In this document: one piece after another, positions 12,701 to 24,700 of the stretch
Layout: each line of letters opens with the position of its first letter
Position numbering within the stretch: position 1 is the first letter of the stretch
NCBI RefSeq assembly: GCF_009914755.1
Contig: NC_060933.1
DNA from: the human T2T-CHM13v2.0 reference genome, Homo sapiens
Length of the DNA stretch: 64,000 bases
Strand: one strand, 5' to 3'
Program-made: the position numbers and the translations under genes
Notes under the pieces: generated by a model
The model's database searches: none
Told to the model about the DNA's origin: nothing
Seen by the model: the letters and a program-made list of their open reading frames with translations, nothing else

Positions 12701-15700
12701 ATTTCAAACCTGCTATATCAAAAGAAACCTTCAACTCTTTGTGTTGAATGAACACATCACAAAGTTGTTTCTGAGAATGCTTCTGTCTAGTTTTTATGAG
12801 AAAATAATTCCTTTTCCACCATAGGCCTCAAAGCTCTCCAAATGTCCACTTGCAGATTCTACAAAAAGAGTGTTTCAAACCTGCTCTATTAAAAGAAAGG
12901 TTCAAATCTTTATGTTGAATACACACATCACAAAGAAGTTTCTGAGAATGCATCTGTCTAGTTTTTATGTGAAGATATTCCCGTTTCCAATGAAGGCCTC
13001 AAAGCGGTCCAAATATCCACTTGCAGATTCTACTAAAAGAGTGCTTCAAAACTGCTCTATGACAAAGTATGTTCAACTCGGTGAGTTGAATGCACGCATG
13101 ACAAAGAAGTTTTTGAGAATGCTTCTGTCTAGTGTTTATGAGAAGATATTTCCATTTCTAACGAAGGCCTCATAGCGGTCCAAATATCCACTTGCAGATT
13201 CTACAAAAAGAGTGTCTCAAAACTGCTCCATGGAAAGGTATCTTCAACTTTGTGAGTTGAATGCAAACACCACAAAGACGTTTCTGAGAATGCTTCTGTC
13301 TAGTTTTTGTGTGAAGATATTTCCTTTTCCACCATAGGCCTCAAAGCTCTCCAAATGTCCAATTGCAGATTCTACAAAAAGAGTGTTTCATACCTGCTCG
13401 ATGAAATAAGGTTAACTCTGTGAGTTGAATGCACCCAGTACAAAGAAGTTTTTGAGAAAGCATCTGTCTAGTGATTATGTGAAGATAATGCCGTTTCCAA
13501 CGAAGACCTCAAAGCGGTCCAAATATCCGCTTGCAGCTTCTACTACAAGAGTGTTTCAAAACTGCTCTATGATAAAGTATGTTCAACTCTGTGAGTTGAA
13601 TGCAAACCTCACAAACTAGTTTCTGAGAATGCTTCTCTCTAGTTTTTATGTGAAGATATTCCCGTTTCCAACGAAGTCCTGAAAGCTATCCAAATATCCA
13701 CTTGCAGCTTCTACATAAAGAGTGTTTCAAAACTGCTCCATGAAAAGTTATGTTCAACTCTGTGTGTTGAATGCAAACATCACAATGTAGTTTCTGAGAA
13801 TGCTTCTGTCTACTTTTTATGTGATGATATTTCCTTTTGAACCGTAGGCTTCAAAGCTCTCAAAATGTCGAATTGCAGATCCTACAAAAAGAGTGTTTCA
13901 AACCTGCTCTATCAAAAGAATGGTTAAACTCTGTGAGTTGAAAGCACACATTACAAAGAAGAGTCTGAGAATCCTTCTGTCTACTGTTTATGTGAAGATA
14001 TTCCCGTTTCCAACGAAAGCCTCAAAGCGGTCCAAATATCCACTTGCAGATTCTACAAAAAGAGTGTTTCAAAACTGCTCTAGGACAAGGTATGTTCAAC
14101 TCTGTGTGTTGAATGCAACCACCCTAAAGAATTTTCTGAGAATACTTCTGTCTAGTTTTTATGTGAAGATATTCCCGTTTCCAATGAAGGCCTCAAAGCA
14201 TTCCAAATATCCACTTGCAGATTCCACGAAGAGTGTTCCAAAACTGCTTTATTAAAAGGTATGTTCAACTCTTTGAGTTGAATGCAAACATCACAAAGAT
14301 GTTTCTGAGCATTCTTCTGTCTAGTTTTTATATGATGATATTTCCTTTTCCACGACAAGCCTCAAAGCTCTCCAAATATGCACGTGCAGATTCTGCTAAA
14401 AGAGTGTTTCAAAGCTACTCTATGATAAGGTACGTTGAAATCTGTGAGTTGAAAACAAACATCAAAAGAAGTTTCCGAGAATGCTTCTATTTTTTATGTG
14501 AAGATATTCCCGTTTCCAACGAAGGCCTCAAAGCGGTAAAAATATCCACATGCAGATTCTACTAAAAGAGTGTTTCAAAACTGCTCTATCAAAATGTATG
14601 TTCGAATCTGTGAGTTGAATGCACGATCACAAAGAATTTTATGAGAATTCTTCTGCCTGCTTTTTATATAAAGATACTTCCTTTTCCACCATAGGCCTCA
14701 AAGCTCTCCAAAAGTTCACTTCAGATCCTCCAAAAAGATTGTTTCAAACCTGCTCTATCAAAAGAAAGGTTCAACTCTGTGAATTGAATACACACATCAC
14801 AGAGAAGTTTCTGGGAATGCTTCTGTCTAGTGTTTATGTAAAGACATTCCCGTTTTCAATGAAGGCCTCAAAGCTGTCCTAATATCCATTTGCAGTTTCT
14901 TCAAAAAGATTGGTTCAAAACTGCTCTATCAAAGAAAGTTCAACTCTGTGAGTTGAATACAAATATCACAAAGAAGTTTCTGAGAATGCTTCTGTGTAGT
15001 TTTTACGTGAAGATATTTCCTTTTCCACCATAGGCCTCAAAACTCTCCAAATGTCCACTTGCAGACTCCACAAAAAGAGTGTTTCAAACCTGCTCTTTCA
15101 AAATAAAGGTTCAACTCCCTTACTTGAATGTCACAGCACAAAAAAGTTTCTGAGAAAGCTTCTGTCTAGTGATTATGTGAAGATACTCCCGTTTCCAACG
15201 AAGGCCGCAAAGCATTCCATCTATCCACTTGCAGATTTTACAAAAAGAGTGTTTCAAAACTGCTCTATCCAAAGAAACGTTCAACTCTCTGAGGTGAATG
15301 CACACATCACGAAGAAGTTTCTGAGAATGCTTCTGTGTAGTTTTTATGTGAAGATATTTCCTTTTCCACCATAGGCCTCAAAGTGCTCCAAATGCCCACG
15401 TGCAGATTCTAAAAAAAGAGTGTTTCAAATCTGTTCTATCAAAAGCAAGGTCCAAATCTGTGAGTTTAATGCACACATCAGAAAGAAGTTTGTGAGAATG
15501 CTTCTGTCTAGTTTTTATGTGAAGTTATTCCCGGTTTCCAACGAAGGCCTCACAGAGTTCCAAATATCAACTTGCACATTCTACAAAAAGAGAGTTTCTA
15601 AATTGCGCTATGAAGAGGTATTTTCAACTCTGTGAGTTGAATGCAAACATCACAAAGAAGTTTCTGAGAAAGCTACAGTCTAGTCTTTATGTGATGATAT

Positions 15701-18700
15701 TACCTTTTCCACGATAGGAATCAAAGTGCTGCAAATGTCCACTTGCAGATTCTACAAAAAGAGTGTTTCAAACCTGCTCTATATAAAGAAAGTTTCAACT
15801 CTGTGAGTTGAACGCACACATTACAAAGAAGTTTCTGAGAATGCTTCTGTCTAGTTTCTATGTGAAGATATTTCCGTTTCCCACGTAAGCCTCAAAGCAT
15901 TCCAAATATCCACTTGCAGATTCTATGAAAAGAGTGTTTCAAAACTGCTCTATGAAAAGATATGTTCAACTCTGTGAATTGAATGCAAACATCACAAAGA
16001 TGTTTTGGAGAGTTTTTCTGTCTAGTTTTTATATGAAGATATTTCCTTTTCCACCACAGGCCTCAAATCTCTCCAAATGTCCACTTGCAGAATCTACAAA
16101 AAGAGTGTTTCAAACCTGCTCTGTCAAAAGAAAAGATCAACTCTGTGAGTTGAATGCACACATCAATAAGAAATTTCTGAGAATGCTTCTGTCTAGTGTT
16201 TATGTGAAGATATTCCTGTTTCCAACGAAGACCTCAAAGCGGTCCAAATATCCACTTGCAGATTCCACTAAAAGAGAGTTTCAAAACTGCTCCATGATAA
16301 GGTACGTTCAAATTTGCGAGTTGAATGCACACATCCGAAAGAAGTTTCTGAGAATGCTTCTGTCTAGTGTTTATGTCAAGATATTACAGTTTCCAAAGAA
16401 GGTCTCAAAGCCGTCCAAATATCCACATGCAGATTCTTCAAAAAGAGTGTTTCAAAACTGCTCTATCAAAAGAAAGGTTCAACTCACCGAGTTGAATGCA
16501 CACAGTACGAAGAAGTTTCTGAGAATGCTTCTGTCTAGTGTTTATGTGAAGATATACCCCTTTCCAAAGAAGGCCTTAAAGTGGTCCAAATATCCACTTG
16601 CAGATTCTACAAAAGAGTGTTTCAAAACTGCTCTATAATAAAGCATGTTCAACTCTGTGAATTGAATGCATCCATCAAAAACAAGATTCTGAGAATGATT
16701 CTGTCTATTTTTTATGTGAAGATATTTCCTTTTCCACCATAGGCCTCAAAGCGCACCAAATGTCCACTTTTATATTCCACAAAAACAGTGTTTAACACCT
16801 TCTCCAGCAAAAGAAAGTTTCAACTCTGTGAGTTGAATGCACACATCACAAAGAAGTTTCTGAAATGCTTCTGTCTAGTTTTTATGTGAAGATATTCCCG
16901 TTTCTAACGAAGGCCTCAAAGCGGTCCAAATATCCACTTGCAGAATCTACGAAAAGTGTGTTTAAAAAATGCTCTATGAAAAGGAAGGTACACCTCTGTG
17001 AGTTGAATGCACACATCTCAAAGACGTTTCTGAGAATGCTTCTGTCTAGTTTTTATGTGATGACATTTCCTTTCCCACCGTAGGCCTCAAATTTCTTCAA
17101 ACGTCCACTTCCAGATTCTACAAAATGAGTGTTTCAAACGTGCTTTATCTAAAGGAAGGTTGAACTCTGTGAGTTGAATGCACACATCACAAATTAGTTT
17201 CTGAGAATGCTTCTGTCTAGTGTTTAAGTGAAAATACTCTCGTTTCCAACGAAGGCCTCAAAGCGGTCCAAATATCCACATGCAGATTCTATGAAAAAAG
17301 TGTTTCAAACCTGCTCTATCAAAAGAAAGGTTCTACTCTCTGAGCTGAATGCACACAGCACAAAGAAGTTTCTGAGAAAGCTTCTGTCTAGTGATTATGT
17401 GAAGATATTCCCATTTCCAATGAAGGCCTCAAAGTGGTCCAAATATCCACTTGCAGATTCCACAAAAAGAGTGTTTCAAACCTCCTCTATCAAAAGCAAG
17501 GTTCAATTCTGTGAGTTGAAAGCACACATCACCAAGAAGTTTCTGAGAATGCTTCTCTGTAGCTTTTATGTGAAGATATTTCCTTTTTGACCATAGGCCT
17601 CAAAGCTCTCCAAATATCCAATTGCAGATTTTACAAAAAGAGTTTGTCAAAACTGCTCCATCAAAAGCAACGTTCAACTCTGTGAGTTGAATGCACACAT
17701 CACAAAGAACTTTCTGAGAATGCTTCTGTCTAGTGTTTATGTGAAGATATTCCCGTTTCCAATGTTGGTCTCAAAACACTCCAAATATCCTCTTGCAAAT
17801 TCTAGTAAAAGAGTCTTTCAAAACTGTTCTATTATAAGGTATGTTCAACTCTGTGAGTTGAATGCAAAGATCACGAACAAGTCTCTGAGAATGCTTCTGT
17901 CTAGTTTTTATTTGATGATATTTCCTTTTCCACGGTAGGCCACAAAGCTCTCCAAATATCCACTTGCAAATTCTACAAAAAGAGTGTTTCAAACCTGGTC
18001 TATCAAAAGAAAGGTTCAACTCTGTGAGTTGAATGCACACATCACAAAGAAGTTCCTGAGAATGCTTCTGTCTAGTTTTTATGTGAAGATATTCCCGTTT
18101 CCAACGAAGGCCTCAAAGGGGTCCAAATATCCACTTGCTGATTCTACTCAAAGAGTGTTTCAAAACTGCTCTATGATAAAGTGTGTTCAACTCTGTAAGG
18201 CAAACGCAAACATCACAAAGAAGTTTCTGAGAATCCTTCTATTTTTTATTGGAAGATATTTCCTTTTCCACCATAGGCCTCAAATCTCTCCAAATGTCCA
18301 CTTGCAGGTTCTACAAAAAGAGTGTTTCAAACCTGCTCTATCAAAAGAAAAGTTCAACTCTGTGAGTTGAATGCACACATCACAAAGAAGTTTCTCAGAA
18401 TGCTTCTGTCTAGTGTTTATGTGAAGATACTCCCATTTTCAAAGAAGGCCTCAATGCAGTCCAAATATCCACTTGCAGATTCCACTAAAAGAGGGTTTCA
18501 GAACTACTCTATGATAAGGTATGTTCAACTCTGTGACTTGAATGCACACATCACAAAGAAGTTTCTGAGAATGCTTCTGTCTAATGTTTATGTGAAGTTA
18601 TACCCGTTTCCAATGAAGTCCTCAAAGCAGTCCAAATATCCACTTGCAGATACTATGAAAAGAGTGTTTCAAAACTGGTCTATGAAAATGAAAGTTCAAC

Positions 18701-19020
18701 TCTGTGAGTTTAATGCAAACATCATAAAGAAGTTTCTGAGTATGCTTCTGTCTAGTTTTGATATGAAGATATTTCCTTTCCCACCATAGTCCTCAAAGCT
18801 CTCCAAATGTCCACTTGCAGATTCTACAAAATGAGTGTTTCAAACGTGCTCTATCTAATAAACGTTCAACTCTGTGAGTTGAATGCACACATCACAAAGA
18901 AGTTTCTGAGAATGCTTCTGTCGAGTGTTTATGTGAAGATGTTCCCATTTCCAACGAAGGCCTCAAAGCGGTACAAATATCCACTTCCATATTCTACAAA
19001 AAGAGTGTTTCAAAACTGCT
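6760..19020 (-). repeat. Alphoid sub-layer 1b: irregular A/B monomers (SF5-like) with a different variant set
   Basis: A/B mixture persists, but variants change to aaagcggtcc, ataaggtatgttc, ctagtgtttatg/ctagtgattatg, aaagctctcc. Confidence 0.75.
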
Positions 19021-21720
19021 CAATCATGAGATAAACTCATCCCTGTGAGATGAATTCACACGTCACGAAGTAGTTTCTCAGAATGCTTCTGTGTAATTTT
19101 CATGTGAGGATATTTGCTTTTCCACAGTAGACCTCAAAGGGCTCCAAATATCCACCTGCAGATTCTGCAAAAAGAGAGATTCAAAACTGCTCAATCAAAA
19201 GATACTTTCGACTCTGTGAGTTGAATGCACACATCACAAAGAAGTGTGTCTGAATGCTTCTGTGTAGTTTTTATTTCAAGATATTTCCTTTTCCACTGCA
19301 GGGCTGAAAGGGCTCCAAATATCCACTTGCAGATTCTACAAAAAGAGAGATTCAAAACTGCTCAATGATAAGATAAGATCAACTCTGTGAGTTGAATGCA
19401 CACCTCACAAAGAAGTTTCTCAGAATGATTCTGTGTAGTTTTTATGTGAAGATATTTCCTTTTCCACAATAGTCCTCAAAGCTCTCCAAACATCCACTTA
19501 CAGATCCTGAAAAAAGAGAGATTCAAAACTGCTCAATCGAAAGATAGGTTCAACTCTGTGAGTTGAATGCACACATCACAAAGAAGTTTCTCAGAATGCT
19601 TCTGTTTAGTTTTTATGTGAACATATTTGATTTTCCACAGTAGGCCTCACGACGCTCCAAACATCCACTTGCAGATTGTGCAAAAAGAGAGATTCAAAAC
19701 TGTTCAATCAAAAGATAGGTTCAACTCTGTGAGTTGAATGCATACATCATGAAGAAGTTTCTGAGAATGCTTCTGTATAGTTTTTATTTGAAGTTATTTC
19801 CTTTTCCACAGTAGGCCTCGATGGTCTCCAAATATCCACCTGCAGATTCTGCATAAAGAGAGATTCAAAACTGCTCAAACAAAAGATAAGTTCACCTCTG
19901 TGAGTTGAATGCACACATCACAAAGCAGTTTCTCTGAATGCTTCTATGTAGTTTTTATTTGAAGATATTTCCTTTTCCACCATAGGGCACAAAGGGCTCC
20001 TAATATCCACTTGCAGATTCTACAAAAAGAGAGATTCAAAACTGCTTAATCAAAAGATAGGTTCAACTCTCTGAGTTGAATGCACACATCACAAAGAAGT
20101 TTCTCAGAATCTTTCTGTATAGTTTTTATGTGAACATATTTGATTTTCCACAGCAGGCCTCAAAAGGCTCCAAATATCCACCTACAGATTCTGCAAAAAG
20201 AGGTATTCAAAACTGCTCAATCAAAAGATAGGTTCAACTCTGTGAGTTGAATGCATACATCAGAAAGAAGTTTCTCTGGATGGTTCTGTGTAGTTCTATT
20301 TGAAGATAATTCCTTTTCCATGATAGGGCACAAAGGGCTCTAAATATCCACTTGCAGAATCTACAAAAACAGAGATTCAAAACTGCTCATTGAGAAGATA
20401 AGTTCAACTCAGTGAGTTGACTGTACACATCACGAAGAAGTTTCTTAGAATGCTTCTGTGTAGTTTTTATTGAAGATATTTCCTTTTCCACCATAGGGCG
20501 CAAAGGGCTCCAAATATCCACTTGTAGATTATAGAAAAAGAGAGACTCTAAACTGCTCAATCAAAAGATAGGTTCAACTTTGTGAGTTGAATGCCCACAT
20601 CACAAAGAAGTTTCTCAGAATGCTTCTGAGTAGTTTTTATGTGAAGATGTTTCCTTTTCCACAATAGGCGGCAAAGTTCTCCAAATATCCACTTGCAGAT
20701 TCTACAAAAACGGTGTTTCAAAACTGCGCAATGAAAAGAAAGGTTCAACTCAGTGAGATGAATGCACACATCACAAAGAAGTTTCTCAGAATGCTTCTGT
20801 GTAGTTCTTATTTGAAGATATTTAGTTTTCCACTGTAGGCCTCAAAGCGCTCCAAATATCCACTTGAAGATCCTACAAAAAGAGTATTTCAAAACTGCTC
20901 AATCATAAGCTAGGTTCAACCCTGTGAGATGAATGCACACATCACAAAGCAGTTTCTCTGAGTGATTCTGTGTAGTTTTTATTTGAAGATATTTCCTTTT
21001 CCACCATAGGGCGCAAAGGGCTCCAAATATCCACTTGGAGATTCTACCAAAAGATAAATTCAAAACTGCTCAATGAGAAGATAAGTTCAACTCTGTGAGT
21101 TGAATGCACACCTCACAAAGTAGTTTCTCACAATGCTTCTGCATAGTTTTTATGTGAAGATATTTGCTTTTCCACTGTAGGCCTCAAAGGGCTCGAAATA
21201 TCCACCTTCAGATTGTGCATAAAGAGAGATTCAAAACTGCTCAATCAAAAGATAGGTTCAACTCTGTGAGTTGAATGCACATATCACAAAGAAGTTTCTC
21301 TGAATGCTTCTGTGTAGTTTTTATTTCAAGATATTTCCTTTTCCACCATAGGGTGCAAAGATCTTCAAATATCCACTTGCAGATTCTACAAAAAGAGAGA
21401 TTGGAAACTCCTCAAAGAGAAGATAATTTCAACTCTGTGAGTTGAATGCACACCTCACAAAGTAGTTTCTCAGAATGCTTCTGTGTAGTTTTTATGTGAA
21501 GATATTTCCTTTTCCACAATAGGCCTCAAAGCTTTCCAAACATACACTTGTAGTTTCTGCAGAAAGAGAGATTCAAAACTGCTCAATCAAAACATAGTTT
21601 CAACTCTGTGAGTTGAATGCAAACATCACAATGGTGTTTCTCAGAATGCTTCTGAGTAGTTTTTATGTGAAGATATTTCCTTTTCCACAGTAGGCCTCAA
21701 AGGGCTCCAAATATCCAATT
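19020..21720 (-). repeat. Alphoid layer 2: A-type-only monomeric layer (no CENP-B boxes)
   Basis: Abrupt switches ctctat->ctcaat and tttctgag->tttctcag. Signature motifs 'gagagattcaaaactgctcaatcaaaagataggttc', 'ctgtgtag' and 'agggcgcaaagggctcc'. No cccgtttcc boxes. Confidence 0.85.
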
Positions 21721-24700
21721 GCAGATTTCACGAAGAGAGTGTTTCAAAACTGCTCAATCAAAAGAAAGTTTCAACTCTGTGAGATGAATGCACACATCAC
21801 AAAGGAGTTTCTCAGATTGCTTCCTTCTAGATTTTATGTGAAGATATTTCCTTTTCTATCATAGGCCGCAAAGCGCTCCAAATGTCCACTTGCCGATTCT
21901 ACAAAAAGGGTGTTCCCAAACTACGCAATCAAAAGAAAGGTTCAACTCTGTTAGATGAACGTACACATCATAAAAAAGATTCTCAGAATTCTTCTGTTTT
22001 TTTTTTGTGAACATATTTCCTTTTCCAACTTAAGCCTCAAGGTGCTTGAAATGTCCCCTTGCAGATTCTCCAAAAAGAGAATTTGAAAACTGGTTCTCCT
22101 AAAGAAAGTTGGAACTCCAGGAGATGAATGCAGACATCACAGAGAACTTTCTCAGAATGCTTCTATCTACTTTTTATGTGAAGATATTTCCTTCTCCACC
22201 ACAGGCCTCAAAGCGCTGCCAAATGTCCACTTGCAGGTTCTACAAAAAGAGAGTTTCCAATCTGCTCAATCAAAAGAAAGGTTTAACTCTGTGAGATTAA
22301 TGCACGCATCACAAAGAAGTTTCTCAGATTGCTTCTGTCTAGATTTTATGTGAAGATATTTCCTTTTCTACCATTGGCCGCAAAGAGTTCCAAATGTCCA
22401 CTTGCAGATTCTACAAAAAAAGAGTGTTTCCAAACTACTCAATCAAAAGAAATGTTCAACTCTGTGAGATGAACACACTCATCACAAAGAAGTTTCTCAG
22501 AATTCTTCTGTCTAATTTTTATGTGAAGATATTTCCTGTTCCATCATAGGCCTCAAGACGCTCTAAATGTCCGCTTGCAGATTCTACAAAAAGAGAGTTT
22601 CAAAACTGCTCAATCAAAAGAAAGGGTTATCTCTGTGAGATGAATGCATATATCACAAACAAGTTTCTCATATTGCTTCTGTGTAGATTTTATGTGAAGA
22701 TATTTACTTTTCTACCATAGACCGCAAAGCTCTCCAAATGCCCACCTGCAGACTCTACAAGAAAGAGTGGTACCAAACTGCTCAATCAAAAGAACGGTTC
22801 CACTCTGTGAGAAGAACGCACACATCACAAAGAAGTTTGTCAGAATTCTTCTTTCTAGTTTTTATGTGAAGATATTTCCTTTTCCACCATAGGCCTCAAA
22901 GCGTTCCAAATGTCCACTTGCAGATTCTACAAAAAGAGAGTTTCAAAACTGCTGAATCAAAAGAAAGTTTAAACTCTGTGAGATGAATGCACCCATCACT
23001 AAGAAGTTTCTCCGATTGCTTCTCTCTAGATTTTATGTGAAGGTGTTACTTTTTCTACCATAGGTCGCAAAGCGCTTCAAATGTCCATATGCAGATTCTA
23101 CAAAAAAGAGTGGTTCCAAACTCCTCAATCAAAAGAAAGGTTCAAGTCTGTGAGATGAACGCACACATTCCCAAGAAGTTTGTCAGAATTCTTCTGTCTA
23201 GTTTTTATGTGAAGATATTACCTTTTCCACCACAGGCCTCAAAGCGCTCCAAATGTCCACTTGCAGATTCTATGAAAAGAGAATTTCAAAACCGCTCAAT
23301 CAAAAGAAAGGTTTAACTCTGTGAGATGAATGCACACATCACAAAGAAGTTTCTCAGATTGTTTCTGTCTAGGTTTTATGTGAAGATATTTCTGTTTCAA
23401 CCATAGGCCGCAAAGCATTGCAAATGTCCACTTGCAGATTCTACAAAAAGAGTTTCCAAACTGCTCAATCAAAAGAAAATTTCAGCTTTGTGAGATGAAC
23501 GCACACATCGCAAAGAAGATTATCAGAATTCTTCTGTCTAGTTTTTATGTGAAGATATTTCCTTTTCCACCATAGGCCTCTAAGCGCTCCAAATGTCCAC
23601 TTCGAGATTCTACAAAAAGAGTGTTTCCAAACTGCTCAATCAAAAAAAAGGTTTAACTCTGTGAGATAAATGCACACATCACAAAGAAGTTTCTCAGATG
23701 GCTTCTGTCTAGATTTTATGTGACGATATTTCCTTTTCTACCATATGCCACAAAGTTCTCCAAATGTCCACTTGCATATTCTACAGAAAGAGTGTTTCCC
23801 AACGGTTCAATCAAAAGATAGGTTCAAATCTGTGAGATGAATGCACACGTCCCAAAGAAGTTTCTCAGAATTCTTCTGTCTAGTTTTTATGTGCAGATAT
23901 TTCCTTTTCCACTGTTGGCCTCAAAGAGCTCCAAATATCCACTTGCGGATTCTACAAAAAGAGAGCTTCAAGACTGCTCAATCAAAAGAAAAGTTTAACT
24001 CCATGAGATGAATGCACACATCACAAAGAAGTTTATCAGATTGCTTCAGTCTAGACTTTATGTGAAGATATTTCCTTTTCTACTACAGGCCACAAAGCGC
24101 TCCGAATGTGCACTTGCAGATTCTACAAAAGAGGGTTTCCAACCTGCTGTATCAAAATAAAGTTTCAACTATGAGAGATGAAAGCACGCATCACAAAGAA
24201 GTTTTTCAGAATTCTTCTGTCTAGTTTTTATGTGAAGAGATTTCCTTTTCTACCACAGGCCTAAAAGGGCTCCAAATGTCCACTTGCAGATACTACAAAA
24301 AGAGAGTTTCAAAACTGCTCAATAAAAAGAAAGGTTTAACTCTGTGAGATGAATGAACACATCACAAAGAAGTTTGTCAGATTGCTTCTGTCTAGATTTT
24401 ATGTGAAGATATTTCATTTTCTACCATAGGCCGCAAAGCGCTAAAATTGTCCACATGTAGATTCTGCAAAAAGAGTGTTTCCAAACAGCCCAATGAAAAG
24501 AAACTTTCAACTCTGTGTGATGAACGCACGCATCACAAAGTGATTTCACAGTATTCTTCTGTCTAGTTTTTATGTGAAGATATTTCCTTTTCCACCACAG
24601 TTCTCAAAGAGCTTCAAATGTCGACTTGCAGATTGTTCAAAAAGTGTTTCCAAACTGCTCGATCAAAAAAAGTTTAACTCTGTAAGATGAACGCACACGT

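Noticed and set aside
15529-15546. Apparent CENP-B box tcccggtttccaacgaag
   Set aside because: A 1-bp insertion breaks the required spacing between the two core motifs.
1-19020. Active homogeneous centromeric HOR array
   Set aside because: Monomer order is irregular, and the only long periodicity (15-mer) has two visibly diverged copies.
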